From sequence record MH460460.1: DNA of 64,000 nucleotides; one strand, 5' to 3'. A model generated the notes under the pieces. That model was not told where the DNA came from. It searched no databases and saw only the letters and a list, made by a program, of their open reading frames with translations. A program made the translations under genes and the position numbers. Shown here in pieces: positions 44,702 to 53,961 of this stretch (the first letter of the stretch is position 1; each line of letters begins with the position of its first letter).

Positions 44702-46315
44702 ATGGCAATTGCAACCTCTACCAAACTGATCGGCAAAAACATCGTTCTGCTGGACGGCACCAAAACCAAAATCACTGACGCAATGGCAACTGGTTATAAA
44801 GTTGCTGATCGTACTGTTCGCGTTGCGTCAAAGCAAGTTGCTAAGAAAGGCGCTTGCTATTACGAAATCCCGGTTACGTCTCTGCGTGAACTGATCGATT
44901 CCGGTGAAGGTTATGTTTCTTTCGCTGACAAAGCGATGCAGAAAAAAGTCGGCACTGATGCTTTCCTTGAAAAACCTGCTAAAACTTCTGGCCGCAAACC
45001 GAAAGAAGAGAAAACTTCTGGCCGCAAACCGAAAGAAGAGAAAACTTCTAACGTGCGTCCGAAACGTGGTAGCAAACCTACCAAAGAAGAAGACGAAGCC
45101 GAAGAAAAATCATCACGTCGCGTTAAACGTCGCGGCAATAGCGATGCAGGTTTCGGCGCTCTCGCTGACTTCCTGATCAACGGCGGTAACAGCAAGAAGA
45201 AAGTTTCTCTCTCCACAATCGATCAGGATCTGGCGACTGTTCTTACTGAACGTCTGGTTAGCACGGTTAAAGATACCTCGCTGGCTAAATTCGACCGCAA
45301 CAATGCGCTGATCGAAAACGCATTTGATGTTGGCTACTCAACTGAATTCGATGCGACTGGCGGTGACGTTCGCGTAACGCTCAATATCAAATACGCGCTG
45401 GAACAACCGGAACCGGAAGAAGTAAGCGGCGGTTTCGAAATCTCTCCGGAACTGGCGAAGAAAATCAAAGCGCGTGTTGGTAAAACTGTTGGCAAAAAAC
45501 TGGCTGCGGCAATCGCTGGACACCTCGGCGTTGAAGCAAGCGATATGACAGCGGGAACTCTGCTGGTTCGTGAAGGTGAGGATGGTCAGTTTGTTTTCTG
45601 CGGCGCAAGCAGCGAAGACAATAACAAAGCTGTTCTGTTCAACACTGAAAGCGAAAAATTCCGTACTGTAGGCGGCGCGTCTCTGGCTAACTACTCCATC
45701 GTCGAAGAAGACGAAGAGGAAGAGGAAGACGAAGAAGACGAAGACGAAGAAGAAATTGAAGAGGAAGAGGACGAAGACGAAGACGACGGCGAAGCCGAAG
45801 ACGACGATGCCGAAGACGATTCCGAAGAAGGCGAAGATGACGCGGAAGGTGAAGACGACGATTCCGAAGATGCTTTCGAATACGCTTCCGTAAATAAAAA
45901 GCAACTGGCGAACGTAGACAAAAAGATCACGGCTAAAAATCTGCCGATGCTGTCTAAACTTTGGGGCGTGCCGCAAAGCGCTCTGATTACTGGTCTGAAA
46001 CTGACAGACGGCGATGATACTTTTGTGTTTATCGGTATGGACGAAGACGGCGATCTGCTGGTTGTCGAAGAAGGCGCGAAGGAAGTTGTAGCATTTGACG
46101 CTGACGATATCTCAAGCCTGTCTGGTTACTCTCCGGTTGTTGGTGAAGCCGAAGACGACGCAGAAGAAGATGGCGAAGATTTCGAAGATGACGGCGAAGA
46201 CTACGACGATATGGACATTGACGAACTGCGCGATGTTGTAGTTCAGAAAGGTCTGGCAAAAGTTCGCGCCGCCGAAAACATGACGGAGAAAAAACTCCGC
46301 GCTCTGCTGAAATAA
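44702..46315 (+). CDS. Modular protein: basic N-terminal region, two repeated domains, D/E tracts, C-terminal HeH-like module
   Basis: AGGAG RBS; 537 aa; C-terminal DDMDIDELRDVVVQKGL...MTEKKLRALLK. Confidence 0.9.
   Translation: MAIATSTKLIGKNIVLLDGTKTKITDAMATGYKVADRTVRVASKQVAKKGACYYEIPVTSLRELIDSGEGYVSFADKAMQKKVGTDAFLEKPAKTSGRKPKEEKTSGRKPKEEKTSNVRPKRGSKPTKEEDEAEEKSSRRVKRRGNSDAGFGALADFLINGGNSKKKVSLSTIDQDLATVLTERLVSTVKDTSLAKFDRNNALIENAFDVGYSTEFDATGGDVRVTLNIKYALEQPEPEEVSGGFEISPELAKKIKARVGKTVGKKLAAAIAGHLGVEASDMTAGTLLVREGEDGQFVFCGASSEDNNKAVLFNTESEKFRTVGGASLANYSIVEEDEEEEEDEEDEDEEEIEEEEDEDEDDGEAEDDDAEDDSEEGEDDAEGEDDDSEDAFEYASVNKKQLANVDKKITAKNLPMLSKLWGVPQSALITGLKLTDGDDTFVFIGMDEDGDLLVVEEGAKEVVAFDADDISSLSGYSPVVGEAEDDAEEDGEDFEDDGEDYDDMDIDELRDVVVQKGLAKVRAAENMTEKKLRALLK
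44981..45049 (+). repeat. Perfect 30-bp coding tandem repeat, 2.3 copies (KTSGRKPKEE)
   Basis: AAAACTTCTGGCCGCAAACCGAAAGAAGAG at 44981 and 45011, partial copy at 45041. Confidence 0.95.
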
Positions 46316-46381
46316 AAATTAACGGAATGGCGCGGTAACACTGCCGCGCTTCCTCAACCTATTTAAAAGTTTTAAGGAAAA

Positions 46382-47314
46382 ATGAAAATGGCTATCACTC
46401 CTAACAAAGATTTGGTTAACGTTGTTGTTCGTCTGCTGGATGGCAAAACTTCTCGCATCACTGGCATTACTAAAACTGGTTACACGGTTGAAGGTTCTGA
46501 TAAGCAAATTCCGATGACGGAACTTGTGCGTAAAGGCCGCGTGTTGCAGCAACTCGATCCGGCGAAGCTGAAAGAAATTCCGGCTGAACAAACTTATCTG
46601 ATGAGCGACGGCTATCTGCATATCCATACCCGCGATGCAATGCGCCGCATCAAGAAAGGCGAGACGGTTGATATCCCGCCGTCAAATTCTGAATGGCTGC
46701 GCAAAACCAAAACGGTGAAGGTTGTGAAAGTGAAAGGCGAATCTAAGCCTAAAAAGATTACGCCGAACAAACCTGTTCGCGCTGACGCTTCTAAAGTTAA
46801 GGCTCCGAAGCGTCTTAAAACTGACGCGCAGAAAACTAAAAAGGTTGTGGCAAAAGCTGCGCCTAAATCAACTCCGGTTGATCGTAGCGCCGAAACTGCT
46901 GAGACGTTGTTCCTAGTAATCGAAAACGCTCGCACGAATCGCAAAGCGTTTAAAGAGTTTAAAGCGATTGTCTCGGCTGCGATGGGTGTTACGGCAAAAG
47001 ATCTGCCGGATACTGCAAGCGAGATCATCGAAAAATTCGGCGCTGCGAAAGTACGCAAAGGTCTGGCGGCTCTGTCTGAGCATTTCAATCGCCGCCGTGC
47101 GGAACTGAGTTTGCCTCGTAGCTTGAAAGCGTTTATCTCAAGCGGTCGCTTAACTCTGACTCCTGCGCAATTCCGTCAAGTGCTGGAAGTAATCGCTCCG
47201 ACGATTCCGAAAGAGATTGTTGCTGACGTTGCTAAGTATTATTTCAACGGCGAATTCGTTATCAGCAAAACCCCGGATCGCAACACCACGAAAAAATCTA
47301 ACGGTGGCAATTAA
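46382..47314 (+). CDS. Basic (Lys-rich) protein whose N-terminal domain is homologous to that of 44702..46315
   Basis: RLLDGKTSRITGITKTGYTV vs VLLDGTKTKITDAMATGYKV. Confidence 0.85.
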   Translation: MKMAITPNKDLVNVVVRLLDGKTSRITGITKTGYTVEGSDKQIPMTELVRKGRVLQQLDPAKLKEIPAEQTYLMSDGYLHIHTRDAMRRIKKGETVDIPPSNSEWLRKTKTVKVVKVKGESKPKKITPNKPVRADASKVKAPKRLKTDAQKTKKVVAKAAPKSTPVDRSAETAETLFLVIENARTNRKAFKEFKAIVSAAMGVTAKDLPDTASEIIEKFGAAKVRKGLAALSEHFNRRRAELSLPRSLKAFISSGRLTLTPAQFRQVLEVIAPTIPKEIVADVAKYYFNGEFVISKTPDRNTTKKSNGGN

Positions 47315-47676
47315 TGGAAAAATCTGACGTGATCGTAAATGGAATCTTCGGTCAGGTTTATTCCCGCCTTGTTCTCGCCGCAACGCAACGCGTTCTTGTT
47401 TACTACAATGAATTGTGTCCTGTTGTTTTCGGCATTCAGTTTTCAAAAATGAATAAAGAACAGGCCGATGTGATTTGGGATATTCTGATCGAAACAATGC
47501 GTATGGATGCGAAGGCGGGGCGGCTTCCTCTCGCCGCTCTTTATATCTCGCGCAAGTATGAAAAGAAACCCGGCGCAGGCTTCTGGTCTGCATATCACAC
47601 ATTTTACGGCTCTGAAATCTCGGAAGATGAGTGGTCTGAACTTGTGGAAAAAATCTGGAATTCATATTCCATGTAG
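47314..47676 (+). CDS. Hypothetical protein
   Basis: TAATG overlap. Confidence 0.8.
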   Translation: MEKSDVIVNGIFGQVYSRLVLAATQRVLVYYNELCPVVFGIQFSKMNKEQADVIWDILIETMRMDAKAGRLPLAALYISRKYEKKPGAGFWSAYHTFYGSEISEDEWSELVEKIWNSYSM

Positions 47677-47684
47677 GAACGATC

Positions 47685-48161
47685 ATGAAAAAGAAATTTA
47701 CTCCGAAAATCCCGCGCTCGAAGGTTGTGCCGCCTAGCGAGCGTGCCGAAATGGATCAGCTTGTCGCCTATTATCTTTCATCGGTAGGTAACAGCATGAC
47801 GATGGTAACGCAACTGACGTTCTTCAACGTCACGAACTACTGGCACATGACAGACGTTCACGATCCCGAAGCGTCCACGCAGAAGAATCACAAACTTCTG
47901 CGTGAGATAACGCAAAAGCTGAACAAATACTGTAAAGATAATGGGAAGCCTCTTTCTTTGCTTCCTTTGCCCGATCAGCCCGGCGTTGAATTGAACGGCG
48001 AAACTGTTGTGGTAATTCCGTGGGAATTTTTAAATACCACGGAATCGCGTCAAGCTGTTGATGCGTTATTCGAAATGGTATCTGCGAATGGTAATACAGA
48101 TCTGGTTGCAGATGCTGATCTGAGGGATAAATATGTTTTTAGGGCACCTACTGACGTTTGA
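47685..48161 (+). CDS. Hypothetical protein
   Basis: AGGA RBS. Confidence 0.8.
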   Translation: MKKKFTPKIPRSKVVPPSERAEMDQLVAYYLSSVGNSMTMVTQLTFFNVTNYWHMTDVHDPEASTQKNHKLLREITQKLNKYCKDNGKPLSLLPLPDQPGVELNGETVVVIPWEFLNTTESRQAVDALFEMVSANGNTDLVADADLRDKYVFRAPTDV

Positions 48162-49401
48162 AGATCGTCAAAAGCTGTTAAAACTTTATGGCTGGAAAAT
48201 CATTGATACCTCCCCAAAGTATCTTGAATCTTCCAAAATGGTTTGTGGCGTTCGCCATGTTCGAACTAAGTACGGTGCGCGTGAGCAAGTGTATGATATT
48301 TTGTTCCCGCGCATTCGTGCGAAAACGGTTCTGCGTTTGTTTAAAAACTTGCGCCGTGGTCAACGTGGAATGCTGTTAGAACAAATTTCAATTCTGTTCG
48401 AATTGGGATTGGGTGTTCCGAAGCAAAAACAAATCGCCGACTATATCCTGCATTTAGACAATGTGGACGATCAGGAAGTTGGAATCAAGTACATTGGTAA
48501 ACTGATAAAACAGTACATCGCCAATTACAAGTTTTCGATGGACGATCATGATTACATGTACTGCGCTCAATTCACTGAGCAATTGTTGCTGATGAAGAAA
48601 TTCATCGGGAAGACAAAACAGAACGTGAAAAAATCAGTGCGCGTTCCGGAAGGAAAGCCGTGTGTTATGGTTTATTCGCTGACTGACTTCAACGGTGCGA
48701 AATTCAGTTTGGTAGATGCTTACGCATTTTCATCGAACGGTTTTCCGATACCGATTTCAACATCTGTGATGCGAAAAGAGTTTGGTGCTGTCCCGCGCCA
48801 GTTTAACAGCTACGCGTTGAAGTCGCACGGACAGTATATGTTGGTTTTCGGTATTCTACATTGGAACGAAGACGGCGAAGAAAACTTCCAGCACATGCAA
48901 ACGCTGGACGATGATGAATACGAAGTTCTGGTTGACCATTACGATAAGTATTGTTCGAAAGAACTTCTTGCGATGCGCAAGTTCCGCGATGTTGATCGCG
49001 AAGTGCATAACGCACATCGTCACGCAATTGAAGTTCTGGCAGTTAAAGAAGATGCAACCAAAAAAGAAAGGCGTCTGGTTCGCGAAGCGGAAACATATTT
49101 CGCTGAACGTGAGAAAGCTGTAAAGCAACTATCACGATTAGAACGAAAGGCCGCGAGCAAACTTGCTGAATCTGGCCCGGTTGCTTCTGCTCAATTCTTC
49201 GCTCTCGATATCGGGGCAATTGGAATTAGCCGCAAGCTGCGTACATTGGTTAGCACACCGCCTGAAACTCTCGCGAAAAGTTTAACCGCGTGGGGATTCA
49301 CAACGGCGTTGAATGCGAATCCTAAATGTCTATCTTCTCGAATCTATTACGGCGTAACTTCTACGCGCCGTAGCTGGCAAATTGAAACGGAGAAAAAATA
49401 A
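48133..49401 (+). CDS. Basic hypothetical protein
   Basis: 422 aa; TAATG overlap with the next gene. Confidence 0.8.
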   Translation: MFLGHLLTFEDRQKLLKLYGWKIIDTSPKYLESSKMVCGVRHVRTKYGAREQVYDILFPRIRAKTVLRLFKNLRRGQRGMLLEQISILFELGLGVPKQKQIADYILHLDNVDDQEVGIKYIGKLIKQYIANYKFSMDDHDYMYCAQFTEQLLLMKKFIGKTKQNVKKSVRVPEGKPCVMVYSLTDFNGAKFSLVDAYAFSSNGFPIPISTSVMRKEFGAVPRQFNSYALKSHGQYMLVFGILHWNEDGEENFQHMQTLDDDEYEVLVDHYDKYCSKELLAMRKFRDVDREVHNAHRHAIEVLAVKEDATKKERRLVREAETYFAEREKAVKQLSRLERKAASKLAESGPVASAQFFALDIGAIGISRKLRTLVSTPPETLAKSLTAWGFTTALNANPKCLSSRIYYGVTSTRRSWQIETEKK

Positions 49402-52349
49402 TGAATTCCTCTCAAACTTTCGGAACCGCCGCACATGCGGCAACTGTTACGGAACAGAATCTGAATGCAGGTTCTCCGGCAACTAAAAGCACGGTAATTG
49501 TTGTGCTGTGTCCGACTGTAAACGGCAACCAAATTTTCCGTGCGGAAAATAGCGGCAATGTTTCTCAAACAGTCGCGCAGGGTAAAGCGCTTAATCGTCT
49601 GACTGATCTTCTGGCGATGGCAGGCGATAACGCTGGTCATGAACTGATGAGCGCTGCCGCTTCTATCGACGAGCGCTGCAAGCTGAAAGACAGTGCTGCG
49701 ATGATTCTTCGCTATACTGTAAATGGTAGTGTAGAACGTCTCCAGAAAACTTTGTCTGAGGCGTTGTTTAAGGTCGGCGAAAAAGCTGCAAATGATAATA
49801 CTACGTTAGCGTCGTATGCCAGTCGTTTTGGTGTTCACGCAATCGCGGTATCTGCGGAAAGTAATTCATACGCAATCGTTACAGCGATTCGTGATCAACT
49901 GGAAGCGTTCGACCGCAACGAAAGCAATTTTATCGTTGCGCAGAAAGCAAGTGTTGAGCAAATCAATGCTCCGGTTATCGACTGGTCTGCAACTTCCGCA
50001 AACGTTGTTCTGGAAGGTGCTGCGTTAAGTTTTGTAGTTCGCTCGGAAAAAACCCGCGTGAATTTCCTGATTAATCCTATTAAGGGGAATAATGTTGTGA
50101 GTAACGATCAGAAAGCTCTGTCTGTTTTCAGCCGCGAAAATCAGGCGTCCGTAACTATGGAAGAAAAAGTCGCTGCACTCGAAGCTCTCGGTTACGATCT
50201 CGGCGCTATGCCGGATGAAGAAATTGCGCTGTCCTACGATAGCGAGCGCGTTGATTTTCTGGAAGGCGCTGGCGTTGAAGTAAACTCCGGCGACGAAGGC
50301 GAAACTGACGACGCCGAAGAATCGGAAGAAGATTCCGAAGAAGGCGAAGAGGAAGAGGAAGAAGAGGAAGACGATTTCTCCGCTTCTGAAACTCTGGCAG
50401 AAATTCTGACTAACGCCCAACTGGATCGCGCTCAACTGAAAAAGCTGGTGTTCCTCGCAGGCGGTAAAGTGTTTACCTCCGACACCGAAGAAACTCTGAC
50501 GGTGAAACTGCTGGAACTGGTCGAAGATAAAGACTACAGCGAATTCTTCCAGTTTGCGCTGGACGCTAATGAACGTCTCGGCGGCGTTGAAGGTTTTGCT
50601 GATTTCCTTCACAACGAAAGTGTTCTCGCTACCGACGAAGAAGAATCTGAGGAAGAAGATTCCGAAGATGACGGCGACGAAGGCGACGATGCCGAAGGCG
50701 ACGACGATGATTCCGAAGATGAGGATGATTCGGAAGACGAAGATGGCGAAGATGAAGACGACGAAGACGAAGAAGATCTTTCCTTCAACTCTGTTGTCGA
50801 ATTCATCGAACTGATCGGCGGCGATCTGAATCGCGAAGTTATTCGCGCAATTGCTCGCTCCGAAAACTTCGGCCTGAAAACTTACAAGAACGAAGACGCT
50901 GCTGCAATCTTCGAACGTGTAGTTGAAGTGCTGAACAATAACGAACTTTCTCCGGAAGATTTCGAACAACTGATTCACGATCTCGCGCAGATCGAAGTTG
51001 TTGCCGCTGCCTATCCGGAATGGGCTGAGTACGAAGTCAATCCGACTGACTACACTGAACTGTTTAACTTCGAAGGCGGTTCCCTGTCTCACGAACAGCG
51101 CGTTGCCGCTCTCGAAGCTGCGGGTAACGATCTCGAAGGTATGGGCATGGTTGCCGTGCTGAAACTCTTCGAAGAGTATCGCCGCGAAAATGGTTACGGT
51201 CAGGAAAGCGAAGAAGCTGCTGACGAAACTTACGCGCTGGATTCTGATGCGGAAGACGAAGGCGAAACTGACGAAGGCGACAACGCCGACGAATCTTCCG
51301 ACGAAGAGGAATCCGAAGAGGAAGAATCTGAGGAAGAAACCGAAGAAGAAAACGACGAAGCGTTTGTTTCCGATTCTTCTGAAAGTGATATCGGTACTTT
51401 CCTGCGTGTTCGTCAGGAACAAATGCTGCTGGTCAACTTCACGCTGACTGATCGCAGTACGTTTGAAGATCTCGCCGAAGAACTGCGCGATCAAAACGGT
51501 GTTGATTACCGCGTACCAATCAACATGAACGACGAAGCCGAAGGTTCTATGTACCTGCCGCTGACTGTCGCGAGCGATCTGCTGTCTGGTTCTGCTGCGC
51601 TGCCGTTCATGTCTGATCGCAAAACTTTCAACGTGGAAGACTACGCTGAAAAACTGGCTAACACTATGCGCGGTCAAATTTCTGCGCTGCTGTATGAAGG
51701 CCGTCTGGAAGCTGGACAAGATCCGTACACTAGCGGTCTGGTGCTCGGTGATTTCGTTGAAGACGAAGACGAAGATCTGGATGAAGACGAACTGAGTTCT
51801 GACTATCTGAACGAACTGGTCGGCGATCACATTCCGATGGCGTCTCTGTACAACGCACATGTTGGCGTGCGTCCGGTTGTAGTTGATACCGAAAGCACTG
51901 TTCTGAATACCATCGTGCTTAACATTGCAATGCCTTGCATTTGGGGCATCGGCAAGAAGAAAGTAAAAGATCTGGTAATCAGCACTTACAACCGTGTGCT
52001 TGCGCACATCGGCGAAACCGATATTAAAGTTTATGTTGGTTTCACGCTGAATTCCGGTTCACTGGTTTCTGATGAAAACCTGCAATTGGTTGTTCGTTCT
52101 GTTGGCGAAATGGCAAGCGAAGAAATCGCGGTGCATTCTTTCTCTTCTAACGATGTTCAGCGCATCGAAGAAAGCGAAGATCTGGTTGAAGCCGCGCATT
52201 CTGTCGGCACCGAAAACCTGCCGCTGGCGCTGCTGTCCTCCGGTATCGCTGACGCTGCATTTGCGAACGGCGGTGATCTGATTGTGATTCTGTCTCCGGC
52301 GGGTGATAGCGAAGACTACTCCGACGACGAAGACGAATCCGAAGAGTAA
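49401..52349 (+). CDS. 982-aa very acidic modular protein
   Basis: Several D/E tracts alternate with duplicated helical modules. Confidence 0.9.
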   Translation: MNSSQTFGTAAHAATVTEQNLNAGSPATKSTVIVVLCPTVNGNQIFRAENSGNVSQTVAQGKALNRLTDLLAMAGDNAGHELMSAAASIDERCKLKDSAAMILRYTVNGSVERLQKTLSEALFKVGEKAANDNTTLASYASRFGVHAIAVSAESNSYAIVTAIRDQLEAFDRNESNFIVAQKASVEQINAPVIDWSATSANVVLEGAALSFVVRSEKTRVNFLINPIKGNNVVSNDQKALSVFSRENQASVTMEEKVAALEALGYDLGAMPDEEIALSYDSERVDFLEGAGVEVNSGDEGETDDAEESEEDSEEGEEEEEEEEDDFSASETLAEILTNAQLDRAQLKKLVFLAGGKVFTSDTEETLTVKLLELVEDKDYSEFFQFALDANERLGGVEGFADFLHNESVLATDEEESEEEDSEDDGDEGDDAEGDDDDSEDEDDSEDEDGEDEDDEDEEDLSFNSVVEFIELIGGDLNREVIRAIARSENFGLKTYKNEDAAAIFERVVEVLNNNELSPEDFEQLIHDLAQIEVVAAAYPEWAEYEVNPTDYTELFNFEGGSLSHEQRVAALEAAGNDLEGMGMVAVLKLFEEYRRENGYGQESEEAADETYALDSDAEDEGETDEGDNADESSDEEESEEEESEEETEEENDEAFVSDSSESDIGTFLRVRQEQMLLVNFTLTDRSTFEDLAEELRDQNGVDYRVPINMNDEAEGSMYLPLTVASDLLSGSAALPFMSDRKTFNVEDYAEKLANTMRGQISALLYEGRLEAGQDPYTSGLVLGDFVEDEDEDLDEDELSSDYLNELVGDHIPMASLYNAHVGVRPVVVDTESTVLNTIVLNIAMPCIWGIGKKKVKDLVISTYNRVLAHIGETDIKVYVGFTLNSGSLVSDENLQLVVRSVGEMASEEIAVHSFSSNDVQRIEESEDLVEAAHSVGTENLPLALLSSGIADAAFANGGDLIVILSPAGDSEDYSDDEDESEE

Positions 52350-52358
52350 TCTGTAAAT

Positions 52359-52392
52359 AAATGGTGTGGGGCAAATTGCTCTGCACCATTTT
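52359..52392 (+). terminator. Probable terminator
   Basis: AAATGGTGTGGGGC-AAATT-GCTCTGCACCATTT. Confidence 0.7.
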
Positions 52393-52403
52393 AAGGATTC
52401 CTA

Positions 52404-53156
52404 ATGTCTGATACGCAAATTGAAGTTTTACATCGGACACTGTTTTCAACGCGTCAGTCACTTGATGAAAACATCATGGCACGTCGCGCAACCGAAAAGG
52501 TGTTGGATGAGCGCCTGAGTGAATTAGGCCGCTGTCAGGTTCAATTAAGCATTGCTCAAGAGCGAATTCTGAATCTCCAGACTGAATATAATAATGTTGT
52601 GGAGAAATCGGAAAGCAAAGCGAAGGATATGGAAGAAACTTTCCGTACCTCCGAAGCAAAGCTGAAAGAAGAAATAGTAATTCTGAACGACAAGATTTCG
52701 GAACTGCGTGCGCTCTGCCGTGATATGCCGGAAACTCCTGCGGAACAACTGCTGGAAAACGTACTGCATAAAACGATGGCGTATCTGCATTCGACTGTGG
52801 TGTATTTCGCTGCCCTCACGTTGAATTCCAATCCGCAATCTCTGGCTGGTAAAGAGTTGCTTGCGCTGACGAAAAAGCAAACCCTGAATCCGGGCAAATT
52901 GTTTTCACTATCTGTAAAGGAAAAGCAGATAGTCTTAGAAAACATTCGTTCGTTTGTGCAAGCAGAACTTGATAATTCTGAATACACAAACATCCGGGCG
53001 GTAATTACTGCAATGACCGCTTCGGATAAATCGTGGAAGACGTTTCGCGATAGCCTGAAAAATTCTAAGGTGCTTTTCTCACTCGCATCTGACAAACTGG
53101 AATTTGACTCTGCGGTAAACGCGGTCGTTGAATTCATTCTTGAACAATTGAAGTAA
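52404..53156 (+). CDS. Coiled-coil hypothetical protein
   Basis: AAGGA RBS; long heptad-like N-terminal half. Confidence 0.8.
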   Translation: MSDTQIEVLHRTLFSTRQSLDENIMARRATEKVLDERLSELGRCQVQLSIAQERILNLQTEYNNVVEKSESKAKDMEETFRTSEAKLKEEIVILNDKISELRALCRDMPETPAEQLLENVLHKTMAYLHSTVVYFAALTLNSNPQSLAGKELLALTKKQTLNPGKLFSLSVKEKQIVLENIRSFVQAELDNSEYTNIRAVITAMTASDKSWKTFRDSLKNSKVLFSLASDKLEFDSAVNAVVEFILEQLK

Positions 53157-53178
53157 TGAACGGGAGTTCGAAATAATC

Positions 53179-53757
53179 ATGGCTAAATCAAAGTCCACCT
53201 CACTGGTTCCGAAACGCATTGAGCGTATCACGAAAAAAGCTGGTGCAATCGCGCAGGTCAAATCCAAACAAACCGATCTGGCGCACGATATCGAAATCTC
53301 GACTCGCGGCGCACACGAAGTTTCCGGTTTCGTGATCGAAGTTACCGCTGACGATAGCGTAACGATCCGCCACAAGAAAGGCGCTGGTAGTTCCAAACAG
53401 ATCGTAAGCACGTTTACCAAAAACCAGATCATTAGCTTTATCGGTGAAGCTGGCGGTATGGGGCAACTGCTGGTTGACGCGTACATGGTTGTTCAGGTAA
53501 TTCGCGGTCAAACTGTAAAAGTTAAAGACGATGTGATTATCGCAACTGATATTCAGACTGGCGAAGTCACTCGCATCGCAACCAACATTCCGGGCTACGA
53601 TGTTCGCGCAATTGTTGACGAAGCTGTTGCTTCTAAAAAGTACGGCACTCCGATTGCAGTTGAAAAGAAAAAAGGCGCGGGCAAGGTAGAAAAAATTGCC
53701 AAAGGCGGCAAAGATAAGTCCGGTAAAAAGAAAAAGAAGTCTGACGAAAACTTCTAA
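53179..53757 (+). CDS. Basic beta-rich protein, possibly Sm/SH3-like fold
   Basis: Lys-rich termini; EVSGFVIEVTADDSVTI...KNQIISF recalls Sm-fold spacing (weak). Confidence is for the ORF. Confidence 0.8.
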   Translation: MAKSKSTSLVPKRIERITKKAGAIAQVKSKQTDLAHDIEISTRGAHEVSGFVIEVTADDSVTIRHKKGAGSSKQIVSTFTKNQIISFIGEAGGMGQLLVDAYMVVQVIRGQTVKVKDDVIIATDIQTGEVTRIATNIPGYDVRAIVDEAVASKKYGTPIAVEKKKGAGKVEKIAKGGKDKSGKKKKKSDENF

Positions 53758-53772
53758 TTCGGTTCCGGCCTG

Positions 53773-53853
53773 AATCTGTAAAGTAACGTTGAAGGACAGA
53801 ATCTGTAAATCAATTCTGTCAGACAGAAACTGTAAACAGTTAATGTCAAACGC
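53773..53853 (+). repeat. Degenerate 27-bp tandem repeat x3, each unit starting AAWCTGTAAA
   Basis: CTGTAAA at 53776, 53803 and 53830; GACAG ends units 1 and 2. Confidence 0.75.
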
Positions 53854-53961
53854 CACTGATTAATTTCGGTGGCGTCAGTTAAAAACATTTTTCTCTTAAT
53901 CTGTAAATAGTAATTGAACAAAGCGTTCATTACTGAACTTTCCTAAAGGATAAAATGAATC

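Noticed and set aside
50025-52007. 660-aa minus-strand ORF and similar long antisense ORFs (2571..3410, 45338..45976, 53200..53856, 54805..55545, 56798..57538, 58000..58704)
   Set aside because: They shadow strongly codon-biased + strand genes. Their F/V/I/S-rich text is the reverse complement of GAA/GAC/AAA codons, and they have no RBS or operon context
12413-52920. CTGTAAA 7-mers inside coding regions (for example near 12413, 19560, 47930, 49516, 49722, 52913)
   Set aside because: A few 7-mers are expected by chance, and these lack the TA extension and intergenic context; not counted as motif copies
53773-53853. 27-bp array as a CRISPR mini-array
   Set aside because: The conserved part is only ~10 bp, the units are too short, and there are no cas genes in the window
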